DNA of 64,000 bases from Macrostomum lignano (Eukaryota). Shown here piece by piece: positions 36,766 through 49,959 of this stretch (positions are counted from its first letter, which is position 1; each line of letters begins with the position of its first letter). The notes beneath the pieces were generated by a model. It was not told where the DNA came from. It saw only the letters and a list, made by a program, of their open reading frames with translations, and made no database searches. A program made the position numbers and the translations under genes. Where the stretch lies: NCBI GenBank assembly GCA_002269645.1, contig NIVC01001401.1, positions 138,761 through 202,760 of the forward strand, in the 5' to 3' direction.

Positions 36766-38565
36766 TTTCCAGTTATTACTCTTCCAAGCTGGATGCAACT
36801 TCTTGTTGATCCTCTAATGTAGAGTTGTTAGATGCAAATCATTTTTTTATTCCATATCATTCTGGCACACAAGGCAGTAATCAATGGACATTACAGTGCA
36901 ACAATAGAAATATAACCTAATGAGACAGACTAAATTACTATTTCAATATGCTAGTTATTGTATACTTAATTAAAATTTGATAAAAATGCTTTCAGAAAAA
37001 TAGCATGGTATAAGTACTATAGCATCTTAAGCTATAAAGCTAAAATATATATATTACTTTTATTAAGAACATTCATTTAATATTTGTAGATGACTTATCT
37101 TTGACTTTGTTATAAACTATTTAAAAGAATTGCTAATAATTGATTTCTAGGTCATACAACTAAGCAAAGAGGCTTTATCAAAGAATATAATTTAAGAAAG
37201 TTTGAAAAGCTTTACTTGATTATCAGTTTATAATTATTGCTTACTTTGGTTTTTTTAAAAAGCCAACTTAATTAAACATTGAAAAAATAAATATTTAAAT
37301 AGTAATAAAACATTTATAAGAACAAAAAACAATGTTAAAGAATATACTATAATGTTTAAGTTGGTATACAATTATATTATTTTTAAGAATCCTGACAAAA
37401 TTTTGAAAACTTCTGAATGTATAAGCCTAGAAAAAATTAAGATGAGAGCAGATAAATAAAAGAAATGGCAAAAAACTTCTTATAAGCTGATATTAAATGA
37501 AAACAATTTGGAAAAAAGGAACTAGACCTAGTGGATTAGCAAATTTGCAAGAATTAAAAAATATCCACCATTTGTTGCTAATTAGTCTAGATAAAACTTT
37601 TCAGATTTAGTTATATAGATTAGCCAGGAAGTTATATTTTGATACAGGCCAACAAGGTAACAACAGTAGCAAATGTTTCTCGCAAATCATAAAAAAATAA
37701 AAACAGATTAAGCTAAGTTATTAATCACAGTGTATCGTACGCTACTTGGATCAACACCTTTCGCTCATGAGTTATTGATTCAATACTAAACTAGACGGGT
37801 CACTATCACAATCACAAGCCTCTACTCGCTTTCGTCATAGGCAATATAGCAAAACGTTGACACACTTGCAAGTTTTAAACTATTTAAGTCAAAATTAGTA
37901 TGTGTACCAAAATGTGTTAAAATAAAAAATTCGGGTACAGGGCTAGAGATGTCTCTGCTATACATACACTCATGTTAGTCAAGTGTAACAAACACTCTCA
38001 GGTCCTAACTCTTGAGTCCCAGTTCGAAGAAAATTTTAAGTTTGAATACAGAATATGAATTACCTGTTTTAACAAATATAAGCGTAACTCAGATACTTAT
38101 ATTGTTTTCTAATTTAAAATTTCGAATAAAGCCTCTTCTATATACATAAAACACTTTCGATTATCTTAAAAAATTATTCATAGTAATCGATCAGCTGGTT
38201 GAAATGTTTAATAACTGCTCTATAAATATCGATCGTTTGTTCGATTATGACTAATCCAAGTAATCCTCTCGTGCTTCACTTCCATAGGTTCCTCTGTCTT
38301 GCTCTTGAGTTTTCTTGCTCTCTGGCTTGTTAGATAGTCAAACTAGGCAAGGCAAGGCATGAGAAAAGAACTGTAAACCCGAGCAAATTAAGTTTCAGTG
38401 CATGCAATTCCTTTCTCTACATGTACGTGGGTTCATGTATCTTAATTTTAGGAAGCCTGTATATAAACTTCATATTCATCGAACATATTAAACGTATTTT
38501 ACGTAAGTCTCCCACTCCTATTAATATTCTCTGGCTTACAGGAAGAAGACAATCAGTCACGCATA

Positions 38566-41500
38566 ATGCGAAGTCTAGCAGAGTTTACGAATAATTCTCA
38601 GCTGTGTGGCTTTATTCTGCTGCTGACTGTTGCTGGCTGCATCTTGGTTCTTGCACTATTTATCATTCTCTGCGTGCCACGCTGCGTTAAGGCCAATAAA
38701 TACAGGGTAATTATTGCTTTATTGATTCAGAGCTCATATTGAACGTTTGTCACCACGATTGATAATGGCAATAAATGTGCAAAATTCTATTTTGAACAGG
38801 TTTTCACACCGCAATCGGAGTCGCCAGTTCAGACGCAGCCCACTACACCGACATTTCCTCTTCTGCCTCCGTCAATCGAAGCATCTTCGGCAACGCCAGC
38901 GTTGGACTCCAGCAACAGTAGTAACTTTGGTGGCAGTCACGGCAGTCGATGGCCAAGCAGCCAGCTGTTGCTGGATCCGACCGCCGCAATGCTGGAGCCG
39001 GCGGCCAGATTCCTGATACCGCGAGTCCGGTTAGCAACGCCTGAGGCTGCTCCGCCATCAGGAGTCATCCTGGGTGAGCTGGGGCGAGGAGTCTGGGACC
39101 CCTAGTTAATAACGTGCCGGTGGCAGTTTGTTTCAAGCACTGCAGGGGGTACTGTAGAAAGGGGTACTGGTCAGACATTGATGGACAAGTCAGTGTAGGG
39201 TCAAGGATTGTAGGGTCAGGCACTGTAAGGTCAGGCACTGTAGGGTCAGGTATTGTAGGGTCAGGCATTGTAGGATCAGGCACTGTAGGGTCAGGCACGG
39301 TAGGGTCAGGCACTGTAGGGTCAGGCTATGTAGGGTCAGGCAATGTAGGGTCAGGCATTGTAGGGTCTGGCATTGTAAGGTCAGGCACTGTAGGGTCAGG
39401 TATTGTAGGATCAGGCATTGTAGGATCAGGCACTGTAGGGTCAGGCACGGTAGGGTCAGGCACTGTAGGGTCAGGCAATGTAGGGTCAGGCATTGTAGGG
39501 TCAGGGACTGTAGGGTCAGGCATTGGTGGGTAGACTGTTACAATATCTTGAGCACTGACTCTGCATACCAACTCACTAAAACACACGCGACCGGAAGCTC
39601 CGGACCCGCTGCGCATGGACCGGAAGCACCTGTACTTCCTGAGCGAACTCGGCCCGGCCTGGTTCGGCCCGTAGTTCGAGCCGACTGCACCCGCTACGGC
39701 GAGAGCCTCCGCGACCGGGTCATCGTCCGGCTGCTCACCTGCGGCGACAGTCGAGGCCGGAATAGGCGGCATTTCTTGGCCGATTTGCAGGCCTATCGGG
39801 AGTGCTCGGCTGATCCGTGCGTCCTTCGGCTGCTAGCGATCTGCCCGGAGGAGCCCTGCTTGGCCGTGATGGAGGCCGCGGCTGTGAGGGGCTTCAATTC
39901 TGACCTGGATATAGTTAGTTAGCCAGTTAGTTTTGTCACAAGAAACTTTGGGGACCTCCGCAAACCAGCGTGGCAGTTGACCCGCAGCCCGCAAAGCAGG
40001 CGCACGCTATCAAAGGGTGCAGAGCTCATCTTAGAGAACACTCAGGGCCTTGGAATTTGTGTGGCCACATGCTGAGGTACCGAGGTACTTGGGCGAGAGA
40101 GTTAGACTGAGATTACTGAGATTACTCTGCACTGTATGGGCAGCTCTGAGAATGAATTTAGTTTATGGTCCTACAGGTATAACGGGTTGATATCCCTCAG
40201 GTGTTAACTGGTGGTTGATCTGTCTCAGGTGGTAACTGGTTGATCTGTCTCAGGTGGTAACTGGTGGTTGATCTGTCTCAGGTGGTAACTGGTTGATCTG
40301 TCTCAGGTGGTAACTGGTGGTTGATCTGTCTCAGGTGATAACTGGAGGTTGATCTGTCTCAGGTGTTAACTGGTGGTTGATCTGTCTCAGGTGTTAACTG
40401 GTTGATCTGTCTCAGGTGGTAACTGGTTGATCTGTCTCAGGTGTTAACTGGTTGATCTGTCTCAGGTGGTAACTGGTGGTTGATCTGTCTCAGGTGTTAA
40501 CTGGTGGTTGATCTGTCTCAGGTGTTAACTGGTTGATCTGTCTCAGGTGGTAACTGGTTGATCTGTCTCAGGTGGTAACTGGTTGATCTGTCTCAGGTGG
40601 TAACTGGAGGTTGATCTGTCTCAGATGTTAACTGGTTGATCTGTCTCAGGTGTTAACTGGTTGATCTGTCTGAGGTGTTAACTGGTGGTTGATCTGTCTC
40701 AAGTGGTAACTGGTTGATCTGTCTCAAGTGGTAACTGGTTGATCTGTCTCAGGTGGTAACTGGTTGATCTGTCTCAAGTGGTAACTGGTTGATCTGTCTC
40801 AGGTGGTATCTGGTTGATCTGTCTCAGGTGTTAACTGGAGGTTGATCTGTCTCAAGTGGTAACTGGTTGATCTGTCTCAGGTGTTAACTGGAGGTTGATC
40901 TGTCTCAAGTGGTAACTGGTTGATCTGTCTCAGGTGGTAACTGGTGGTTGATCTGTCTCAGGTGGTATCTGGTTGATCTGTCTCGGGTGTTAACTGGTTG
41001 ATCTGTCTCAGGTGTTAACTGGAGGTTGATCTGTCTCAAGTGGTAACTGGTTGATCTGTCTCAGGTGGTAACTGGTGGTTGATCTGTCTCAGGTGGTAAC
41101 TGGTTGATCTGTCTCAGGTGGTAACTGGTTGATCTGTCTCAGGTGTTAACTGGTGGTTGATCTGTCTCAGGTGGTAACTGGTTGATCTGTCTCAGGTGGT
41201 AACTGGTTGATCTGTCTCAGGTGGTAACTGGTTGATCTGTCTCAGGTGGTAACTGGTTGATCTGTCTCAGGTGGTAACTGGTTGATCTGTCTCAGGTGGT
41301 AACTGGTTGATCTGTCTCAGGTGGTAACTGGTTGATCTGTCTCAGGTGGTAACTGATGGTTGATCTGTCTCAGGTGGTAACTGGTTGATCTGTCTCAGGT
41401 AGTAACTGGTTGATCTGTCTCAGGTGGTAACTGGTGGTTGATCTGTCTCAGGTGGTAACTGGTGGTTGATCTGTCTCAGGTGTTGACTGGTGGTTGATCT

Positions 41501-44500
41501 GTCTCAGGTGGTAACTGATTGATCTGTCTCAGGTGTTAACTGGTGGTTGATCTGTCTCAGGTGGTAACTGGTTGATCTGTCTCAGGTGGTAACTGGTTGA
41601 TCTGTCTCAGGTGGTAACTGGTTGATCTGTCTCAGGTGGTAATTGGTTGATCTGTCTCAGGTGTTGACTGGTTGATCTGTCTCAGGTGGTAACTGATGGT
41701 TGATCTGTCTCAGGTGGTAACTGGTTGATCTGTCTCAGGTAGTAACTGGTTGATCTGTCTCAGGTGGTAACTGGTGGTTGATCTGTCTCAGGTGGTAACT
41801 GGTTGATCTGTCTCAGGTGGTAACTGGTTGATCTGTCTCAGGTGGTAACTGGTTGATCTGTCTCAGGTGTTAACTGGTTGATCTGTCTCAGGTGGTAACT
41901 GGTTGATCTGTCTCAGGTAGTAACTGGTTGATCTGTCTCAGGTGTTGACTGGTGGTTGATCTGTCTCAGGTGGTAACTGGTTGATCTGTCTCAGGTAGTA
42001 ACTGGTTGATCTGTCTCAGGTGGTAACTGGTGGTTGATCTGTCTCAGGTGGTAACTGGTTGATCTGTCTCAGGTGGTAACTGGTTGATCTGTCTCAGGTG
42101 GTAACTGGTTGATCTGTCTCAGGTGGTAATTGGTTGATCTGTCTCAGGTGTTGACTGGTTGATCTGTCTCAGGTGGTAACTGATGGTTGATCTGTCTCAG
42201 GTGGTAACTGGTTGATCTGTCTCAGGTAGTAACTGGTTGATCTGTCTCAGGTGGTAACTGGTGGTTGATCTGTCTCAGGTGGTAACTGGTTGATCTGTCT
42301 CAGGTGGTAACTGGTTGATCTGTCTCAGGTGGTAACTGGTTGATCTGTCTCAGGTGTTAACTGGTGGTTGATCTGTCTCAGGTGTTGACTGGTGGTTGAT
42401 CTGTCTCAGGTGGTAACTGGTTGATCTGTCTGAGGTGTTAACTGGTGGTTGATCTGTCTCAGGTGGTAACTGGTTGATCTGTCTCAGGTGTTAACTGGTG
42501 GTTGATCTGTCTCAGGTGGTAACTGGTTGATCTGTCTCAGGTGGTAACTGGTTGATCTGTCTCAGGTGGTAACTGGTTGATCTGTCTCAGGTGGTAACTG
42601 GTTGATCTGTCTCAGGTGGTAACTGGTTGATCTGTCTCAGGTGTTAACTGATGGTTGATCTGTCTCAGGTGGTAACTGGTGGTTGATCTGTCTCAGGTGG
42701 TAACTGGTTGATCTGTCTCAGGTGGTAACTGGTTGATCTGTCTCAGGTGGTATCTGGTTGATCTGTCTCGGGTGTTAACTGGTGGTTGATCTGTCTCAGG
42801 TGGTAACTGGTTGATCTGTCTCAGGTGGTAACTGGTTGATCTGTCTCAGGTGGTAACTGGTGGTTGATCTGTCTCAGGTGTTAACTGGTGGTTGATCTGT
42901 CTCAGGTGGTAACTGGTGGTTGATCTGTCTCAGGTGTTGACTGGTGGTTGATCTGTCTCAGGTGGTAACTGGTTGATCTGTCTGAGGTGTTAACTGGTGG
43001 TTGATCTGTCTCAGGTGGTAACTGGTTGATCTGTCTCAGGTGTTAACTGGTGGTTGATCTGTCTCAGGTGGTAACTGGTTGATCTGTCTCAGGTGGTAAC
43101 TGGTTGATCTGTCTCAGGTGGTAACTGGTTGATCTGTCTCAGGTGGTAACTGGTTGATCTGTCTCAGGTGTTAACTGATGGTTGATCTGTCTCAGGTGGT
43201 AACTGGTGGTTGATCTGTCTCAGGTGGTAACTGGTTGATCTGTCTCAGGTGGTAACTGGTTGATCTGTCTCAGGTGGTAACTGGTTGATCTGTCTCAGGT
43301 GGTAACTGATGGTTGATCTGTCTCAGGTGGTACCTGATTGATCTGTCTCAGGTGTTAACTGGAGGTTGATCTGTCTCAGGTGGTAACTGGTTGATCTGTC
43401 TCAGGTGGTAACTGGTTGATCTGTCTCAAGTGGTAACTGGTTGATCTGTCTCAGGTGGTAACTGGTTGATCTGTCTCAGGTGTTAACTGGAGGTTGATCT
43501 GTCTCAGATGTTAACTGGGTGTAAACAACCCTTAACAAATCGAATATTAACATCCTTAGGTAAACAAACAGTTATGCCAGACTCTATAAACTCATGCTAT
43601 TAACCCCTTTAGACCGACCTGAAGTCCCTGTTGCTGTCCGAGCGCCAACACGCTGTGACATGCGGCAGCAAGCTTCTGGCTGACAACTTGACGATTCGAT
43701 TCGCCTCCCAGGCCAGCCGCGGACTGGCCGCCCTTCACGACAAAGGATTCGTCTATCAGGATGTTGGAGCCAGGAACTACCAGGTAGCAACCGGCTCCAT
43801 GGTTGTGAAAATTGGCGACTATGGGTGCACACAGCTTCTGCATCCGGTGAGGCTCTTGGTAGCTGACTTTGCCGCGCGTATTTCTGAAACTCGGGTCACA
43901 GGGAAGTTGAACTTCTATTATCGGGTCACAGGGAAGTTGACCTTCAATTCTTGGGTCACAGGGGAAGTTGACCTTCAATTCTTGGGTCTCAAGATTTGAT
44001 CTTTTATTTAAAGAATACCACCCTATAGCTTCATAACAGTTGGTGCCTTTTTGCTGGCATTAAAAAACGTCAAGAAAAGCTGTCGCTTACACTGCAGAGC
44101 GACTATGGAGTCGTGAATGGCGATCTTGTGCCCTTGCGCTGGTTGGCTCCTGAGACGCTTCGCGGAAAGGCGGCGGCAGTGACAGTGGCTGACCAGACAG
44201 CTCAAGCCAACGTTTGGTAAGCTGCCTTAGATTAAGTTGCCCGGCCTTAATCCGCGTGAGGTCACTCCAAAGTTCTCTTCTAGCACCCCTTCTAGCACTC
44301 CTTCTAGCACCCCTTCTAGCACTCCTTCTAGTACTCCTTCTAGCACTCATTCTAGCACCCCTTCTAGCACCCCTTCTAGCACCCCTTCTACCACCCCTTA
44401 TAGCACCCCTTCTAGTACTCCTTCTAGCACCCCTTCTACCACCCCTTCTAGCACCCCTTCTAGTACTCCTTCTAGCACTCCTTCTAGCACCCCTTCTACC

Positions 44501-45803
44501 ACCCCTTCTAGCACTCCTTCTAGCACTCCTTCTAGTACTCCTTCTAGTACTCCTTCTAGTACCCCTTCTAGCACCCCTTCTAGTACTCCTTCTAGCACTC
44601 CTTCTACCACCCCTTCTAGCACTCCTTCTAGCACTCCTTCTAGTACTCCTTCTAGTACTCCTTCTAGCACTCCTTCTAGCACCCCTTCTACCACCCCTTC
44701 TAGCACTCCTTCTAGTACTCCTTCTAGTACTCCTTCTAGCACTCCTTCTAGCACCCCTTGTAGCACTCCTTCTAGCACCCCTTCTAGCACCCCTTCTAGC
44801 ACCCCTTCTAGCACCCTTTCTAGCACCCCTTCTAGCACCCCTTCTAGCACCCCTTGTAGCACCCCTTCTAACTAAAATGCGGCAACCACAGGTCCCTCGG
44901 AGTGCTATTGCTGGAATTGTGCACCTTGGCTGAGCTACCGCACAGGCGACTGTCGGATGCTCAGCTGCTGACCGAGCTGGCAGCCGGCAGAATCGACCTG
45001 AGCGCCGGGCTGCTCCGGGAGGCCTCGGAGGCCATCATCGGCGGCTGCGAAGGCGGTTGCGAGGCGGGCGACTCGCTGTGAGTTCTCAACTAGCTGCCCG
45101 CTTGCTCAAACTCAATGAAGTAGCCATCTAGCTGCGAGTGTGCGGTCTGTTGATAAATAAATGTGAACACCCGACCTTGTCAATTACTTTATTCACATGA
45201 CCACGTGACCCCTCGTATTGATTGTGACCTTCGAGAATCTCTTCGAGGACCTTCTAATTAACATTCGAAGGAACATCTATGACCCGCTTAATGGCCATCA
45301 CCTTCCTAATAGACGGTAACCCTCCATCACCTCCGGAGACAGAGCAGTTCAGCGGTAAAAGCGGCTGTCTCTCGTGCCTCGACACCCTTGGTTGCAGAGT
45401 GCGTGCCCGCGTACTGTACTGGCGTATTGGCGTGTTTGAATGTGCTCGCGCTGGTTGGCGTTGCGCCAGGGCACTCCTGCAATTATTATTATTGTTATCT
45501 TTGACCCCTCTCAAAGTCCATGACCCCAAGCTCTCCCTGGCACACTGCCAGCACCCTGCATGCTCACCCAGCTTCCATCTGCACCGTCCCCTTCATCTCG
45601 CCCACCGCTGCCACAGCCGGGAGCTGCTCGGCCAGTGCCTTCGCCAATCCCCGGGCTGCCGACCCTCGGCCCGGCAGGTCTCCGAGCTGGCCGACCGTCA
45701 GCTGCTCCGCCGGTTGTCCGAATCCAAGCGCAGGCGACGGTCGCTGCCGGCCCCGAATAGCAGCGTGCGCGCCAAGCTGCGACTGTTGGACAGCGTTGAT
45801 TGA
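38566..45803 (+). CDS. LMTK/AATK (lemur tyrosine kinase)-like single-pass membrane kinase; probable pseudokinase; 1-bp frameshift at about 39671 in this sequence
   Basis: Exons 38566-38706 (TM GFILLLTVAGCILVLALFIILCV), 38800-39073, about 39553 (or 39598)-39883, 43613-43846, 44098-44216, 44892-45077, 45617-45803. Motifs DRKHLYFLSELGPAWFGP, TDLKSLL, YQDVGARN, VKIGDYG, VPLRWLAPE, ANVWSLGV, C...PGCRPS. IGDYG, GxxWFG and NVWSLGV are LMTK-family hallmarks. The exon 3 acceptor is weak and uncertain. Confidence 0.85.
39195..39525. repeat. 15-bp minisatellite (CTGTAGGGTCAGGCA)n
   Basis: About 22 copies in kinase intron 2. Confidence 0.94.
40195..43515. repeat. 3.3-kb 25/28-bp minisatellite (GTTGATCTGTCTCAGGTGGTAACTG)n
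   Basis: More than 120 copies in kinase intron 3; the 28-bp variant has an extra GTG. Confidence 0.97.
43885..43980. repeat. Short tandem triplication (CGGGTCACAGGGAAGTTGA core, about 29 bp)
   Basis: Three diverged copies. Confidence 0.75.
44276..44872. repeat. 12-bp minisatellite (CCCTTCTAGCAC)n
   Basis: About 50 copies in kinase intron 5. Confidence 0.95.
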
Positions 45804-46740
45804 CAGGTTGATTGACAGGTTGATTGACACGTTGATTGACACGTTGATTGACAGATTGATAGTCAGGTTGATTGTCAGGTTGATTGTCAGGTTGATTGAC
45901 AGGTTAATTGAAGGGTTGATTGACAGGTTGATAGTCAGGTTGGTTGTCAGGTTGATTGTCAGGTTGATTGACAGGTTGATTTTCAGGTTGATTGACAGGT
46001 AGATTGTCAGGTTGATTGACAGGTTGATTGACAGATTGATAGTCAGGTTGATTGTCAGGTTGATTGTCAGGTTGATTGTCAGGTTGATAGTCAGGTTGAA
46101 AGTCAGGTTGGTTGTCAGGTTGATAGTCAGGTTGGTTGTCAGGTTGATTGTCAGGTTGATTGACAGATTGATAGTCAGGTTGATTGACAGGTTGATTGAC
46201 AGGTTGATAGTCAGGTTGATTGACAGGTTGATTGACACGTTGATTGTCAGGTTGATTGACAGATTGATAGTCAGGTTGATTGACAGATTGATAGTCAGGT
46301 TGATTGTCAGGTTGATTGTCAGGTTGATTGTCAGGTTGATAGTCAGGTTGAAAGTCAGGTTGGTTGTCAGGTTGATAGTCAGGTTGGTTGTCAGGTTGAT
46401 TGTCAGGTTGATTGACAGGTTGATTTTCAGGTTGATTGACAGGTAGATTGTCAGGTTGATTGACAGGTTGATTTTCAGGTTGATTGTCAGGTTGATTGAC
46501 AGGTTGATTGTCAGACTGATTGACAGGTAGATTGTCAGGTTGATTGACAGGTTGATTTTCAGGTTGATTGTCAGGTTGGTTGTCAGGTTGGTTGTCAGGT
46601 TGATTGTCAGGTTGATTGTCAGGTTGATTTTCAGGTTGGTTGTCAGGTTGATTGTCAGGTTGATTGACAGGTTGATTGTCAGACTGATTGACAGTTTGAT
46701 TGTCAGGTTGATTGACAGGTTGATTGTCAGGTTGATTCAC
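45797..46740. repeat. 12-bp minisatellite (CAGGTTGATTGT/A)n starting at the kinase stop codon
   Basis: About 78 copies. Confidence 0.95.
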
Positions 46741-47624
46741 GGCATTGATTTGCAGGTTGACTGACAGCATTGACAAATAGGGTTGATTGATAGGGGATTA
46801 GGAACAAAGTTGACAATATTAGAACTTAGTGCAGAAATCCCATCTCCAAAATAATCGCCCTAAGATTAAAAGCTTCAATAAAATCGCATGACTTCTTCAC
46901 TTTGATCAACTTTGATCGAGAAAAGCCGTAACGAACAAGCAAATTTTTAGTTTCTCCACATTTCCTATTCCATTTTTGATTGTGCAGGGAGCCAACCGGC
47001 TAATCACGTGACTCCGTTAATTTCCTGTCTTAGGCGTTTCAGATAAAAAAATTCTTCTTACCTACGAGTACCACAGACTTGTTTTCTCCCATTGTGCTAT
47101 GCCGTGAATTCTCTGACCAAATATGTTTCTCAAGAATGCAATTTTTAGGAAAAAAGAAAGTAGAAAATATTTCATGGAAGTCTCCGTATGATTAGGCGAC
47201 TTTGGACTTTTAGTGGAAAAGTTCTATCCCGTTTTGATTCAACTTTCAATGCATACTACTTTGATCGCAGCTGGAGTAGCATAAGCTGCTGATTGAGTTT
47301 TTTTTAATTTTGAAAACTTTTGTCTTTGTCCAGTCTTACTTGTATAACTGCGAAGTTTTGTTACACGTTTTAAAGCACAGAACATGTAATAAAGTTTTAA
47401 CACCGTTAGATGCTGTACCATATTTAGTCTTTCAGTGAAATACTTTATTCAAATTGTTCAATATATAAGTTTACATTGTATACATGTCGTTCAATGCAAG
47501 CTTAACAGTGCAATTTTTGTTGCAAAATTATTGTTGCAATCTGTTACTTTTTCAATTGAGATTGCACTTTTGTTAGTGGCTTTCTTGGGGTGCGAGAACT
47601 TCTGAATCTGGCTGCAGGTTGACT

Positions 47625-48372
47625 CTGTCTAACTGCAGATTTTATCAATCAAACTGCAGATTTTTATCAATCAAACTGCAGATTTTTATCAATCAAACTG
47701 CAGATTTTATCAATCAAACTGCAGATTTTATCAATCAAACTGCAGATTTTTATCAATCAAACTGCAGAGTTTATCAATCAAACTGCAGAGTTTATCAATC
47801 AAACTGCAGATTTTATCAATCAAACTGCAGAGTTTATCAATCAAACTGCAGAGTTTATCAATCAAACTGCAGAGTTTATCAATCAAACTGCAGACTTTAT
47901 CAATCAAACTGCAGATTTTATCAATCAAACTGCAGAGTTTATCAATCAAAGTGCAGACTTTATCAATCAAACTGCAGATTTTATCAATCAAACTGCAGAG
48001 TTTATCAATCAAAGTGCAGATTTTATCAATCAAACTGCAGATTTTATCTATCAAACTGCAGATTTTATCTATCAAACTGCAGATTTTATCTATCAAACTG
48101 CGGATTTTATCAATCAAACTGCAGATTTTATCTATCAAACTGCGGATTTTATCTATCAAACTGCAGATTTTATCTATCAAACTGCGGATTTTATCTATCA
48201 AACTGCAGATTTTATCTATCAAACTGCGGATTTTATCTATCAAACTGCAGATTTTATCTATCAAACTGCAGATTTTATCTATCAAACTGCAGATTTTATC
48301 TATCAAACTGCGGATTTTATCAATCAAACTGCAGATTTTATCTATCAAACTGCGGATTTTATCTATCAAACT
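47625..48372. repeat. 21-bp minisatellite (TCAATCAAACTGCAGATTTTA)n
   Basis: About 35 copies. Confidence 0.95.
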
Positions 48373-49269
48373 AAAGATTTTTTATGCACTCGAACGTTTG
48401 ATTATTTTACGTTGTTTAAACTCAATTAAACTAAAGGTTTTCCGTAAAAAAGCATGACAGCAATACTTAGGAAATTGACGCTCAGTTAAGTCTTTTACAC
48501 AATGCTACTCGTAAAATACATAATTAGCACGCTTCGACTATACTTAAACTCTTCTCTACAAAATCTGTTTCTGGTTGTTAATTTTTTGTGCCGCTAATTT
48601 CTGGCAACTTGACAACGGGCCAAAGATATATTATTCAACAAGAGCATCAATTGTGGCACACACTTGCTAAGAGTGTATTGCAGATAGGCTTTGTTCAGGA
48701 CCAGCTCTTGGATCTCTGCTTCTCTCAGTTCTCCCTTGCTAAGCGAATAGAACGAGAATTGTAGCGAACATTGCAGCAGCAGCAGCAGCAGCATCGGTGC
48801 CTGCCGTCTTCAACTGCATGGAGCCAAGGTGACCCAGACGACAGGACTTGGAGTTGCCAACTCTTGCCCAAGCCAAATCCCCTCTTAACAATCCAGACTC
48901 CTGGCTCTAGGTCTCCTTGATCGGAGCCCACGCGCAACTGTAGCGAAACACAGCCACCCCCAACCCTCCCCTTCCATGGAGCCATTGCATTCGGGATTCG
49001 AAAATTAGTATTTTGAACAAGAGAAAATATTCAATGAAAAAAGGACTGATTCGGAAGCTGGAAAATGGGAAAGCAGTTTCGGAGCCTCATTGCTGGACAT
49101 TTGAGATGCAGGGATGCTGCGCCTTCCTCATCAGAGCGTTGGAGCATCGGGTTTCTAAGAAATTGATACAAGTGCCGCGGCTCTCCTCTGATCTGTCACT
49201 GGCTGTCATTGTGCAGCTCGTCCGCCCACCTGCCAGCTCCTCACCCGCTCCCCTCTCCTCCTCCGCGGC

Positions 49270-49361
49270 CGACTCTCCGGCCAGAGCCCTTGGGTTCGAT
49301 TCCCTGCGCGGGTCACGCTAATTAACGGGAGGGCTGAATAAGCGCTACGTTCTAAATATTA
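49270..49361 (+). mobile_element. Short SINE-like remnant whose 3' tail runs into the (AACT)n array
   Basis: B-box GGTTCGATTCC at 49293-49303, then TAAGCGCTACGTTCTAAAT resembling L2-type 3' ends, directly followed by (AACT)n. Confidence 0.4.
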
Positions 49362-49693
<332 letters not shown>

Positions 49694-49959
49694 GTCCCAC
49701 TCGTAGAGGTGCTTTACAAATGCTTTTAAACAAAATCATCACCTCCATATGTGGGTCCTCGCGCTAGAAAAGGTGCAAATTTACGCCTAACAACCAATGC
49801 TTTGCTGCTTTGGGTTCGAAGGGCACTGGTTTTGATATTTTGTACTTTGGAGTTTCCTACTTCAAAACAAAAAGTTACCAACGGTACATATCGAATACCG
49901 CGACCCAGTCCGGCCTCTAGGCTTTACTTGTACCTTGTTTTTCTCACTCCCCCTCCCAC

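Noticed and set aside
39666-39674. Programmed ribosomal frameshift in the kinase gene
   Set aside because: A -1 shift would be needed and there is no slippery heptamer; an indel error or null allele is more parsimonious
40195-43515. CRISPR-like appearance of regular 25-41-bp repeats here and at 25057-25693 and 56118-56385
   Set aside because: Head-to-tail repeats without unique spacers, eukaryotic context, no cas genes
44214-44933. Leu-rich / (STPS)n mucin-like ORFs
   Set aside because: 12-bp repeat inside a kinase intron with good flanking splice sites
45904-46776. 290-aa (NQPD)n ORF resembling parasite surface antigens such as circumsporozoite protein
   Set aside because: Antisense reading of a 12-bp minisatellite; starts at a non-ATG codon; no signal peptide or anchor
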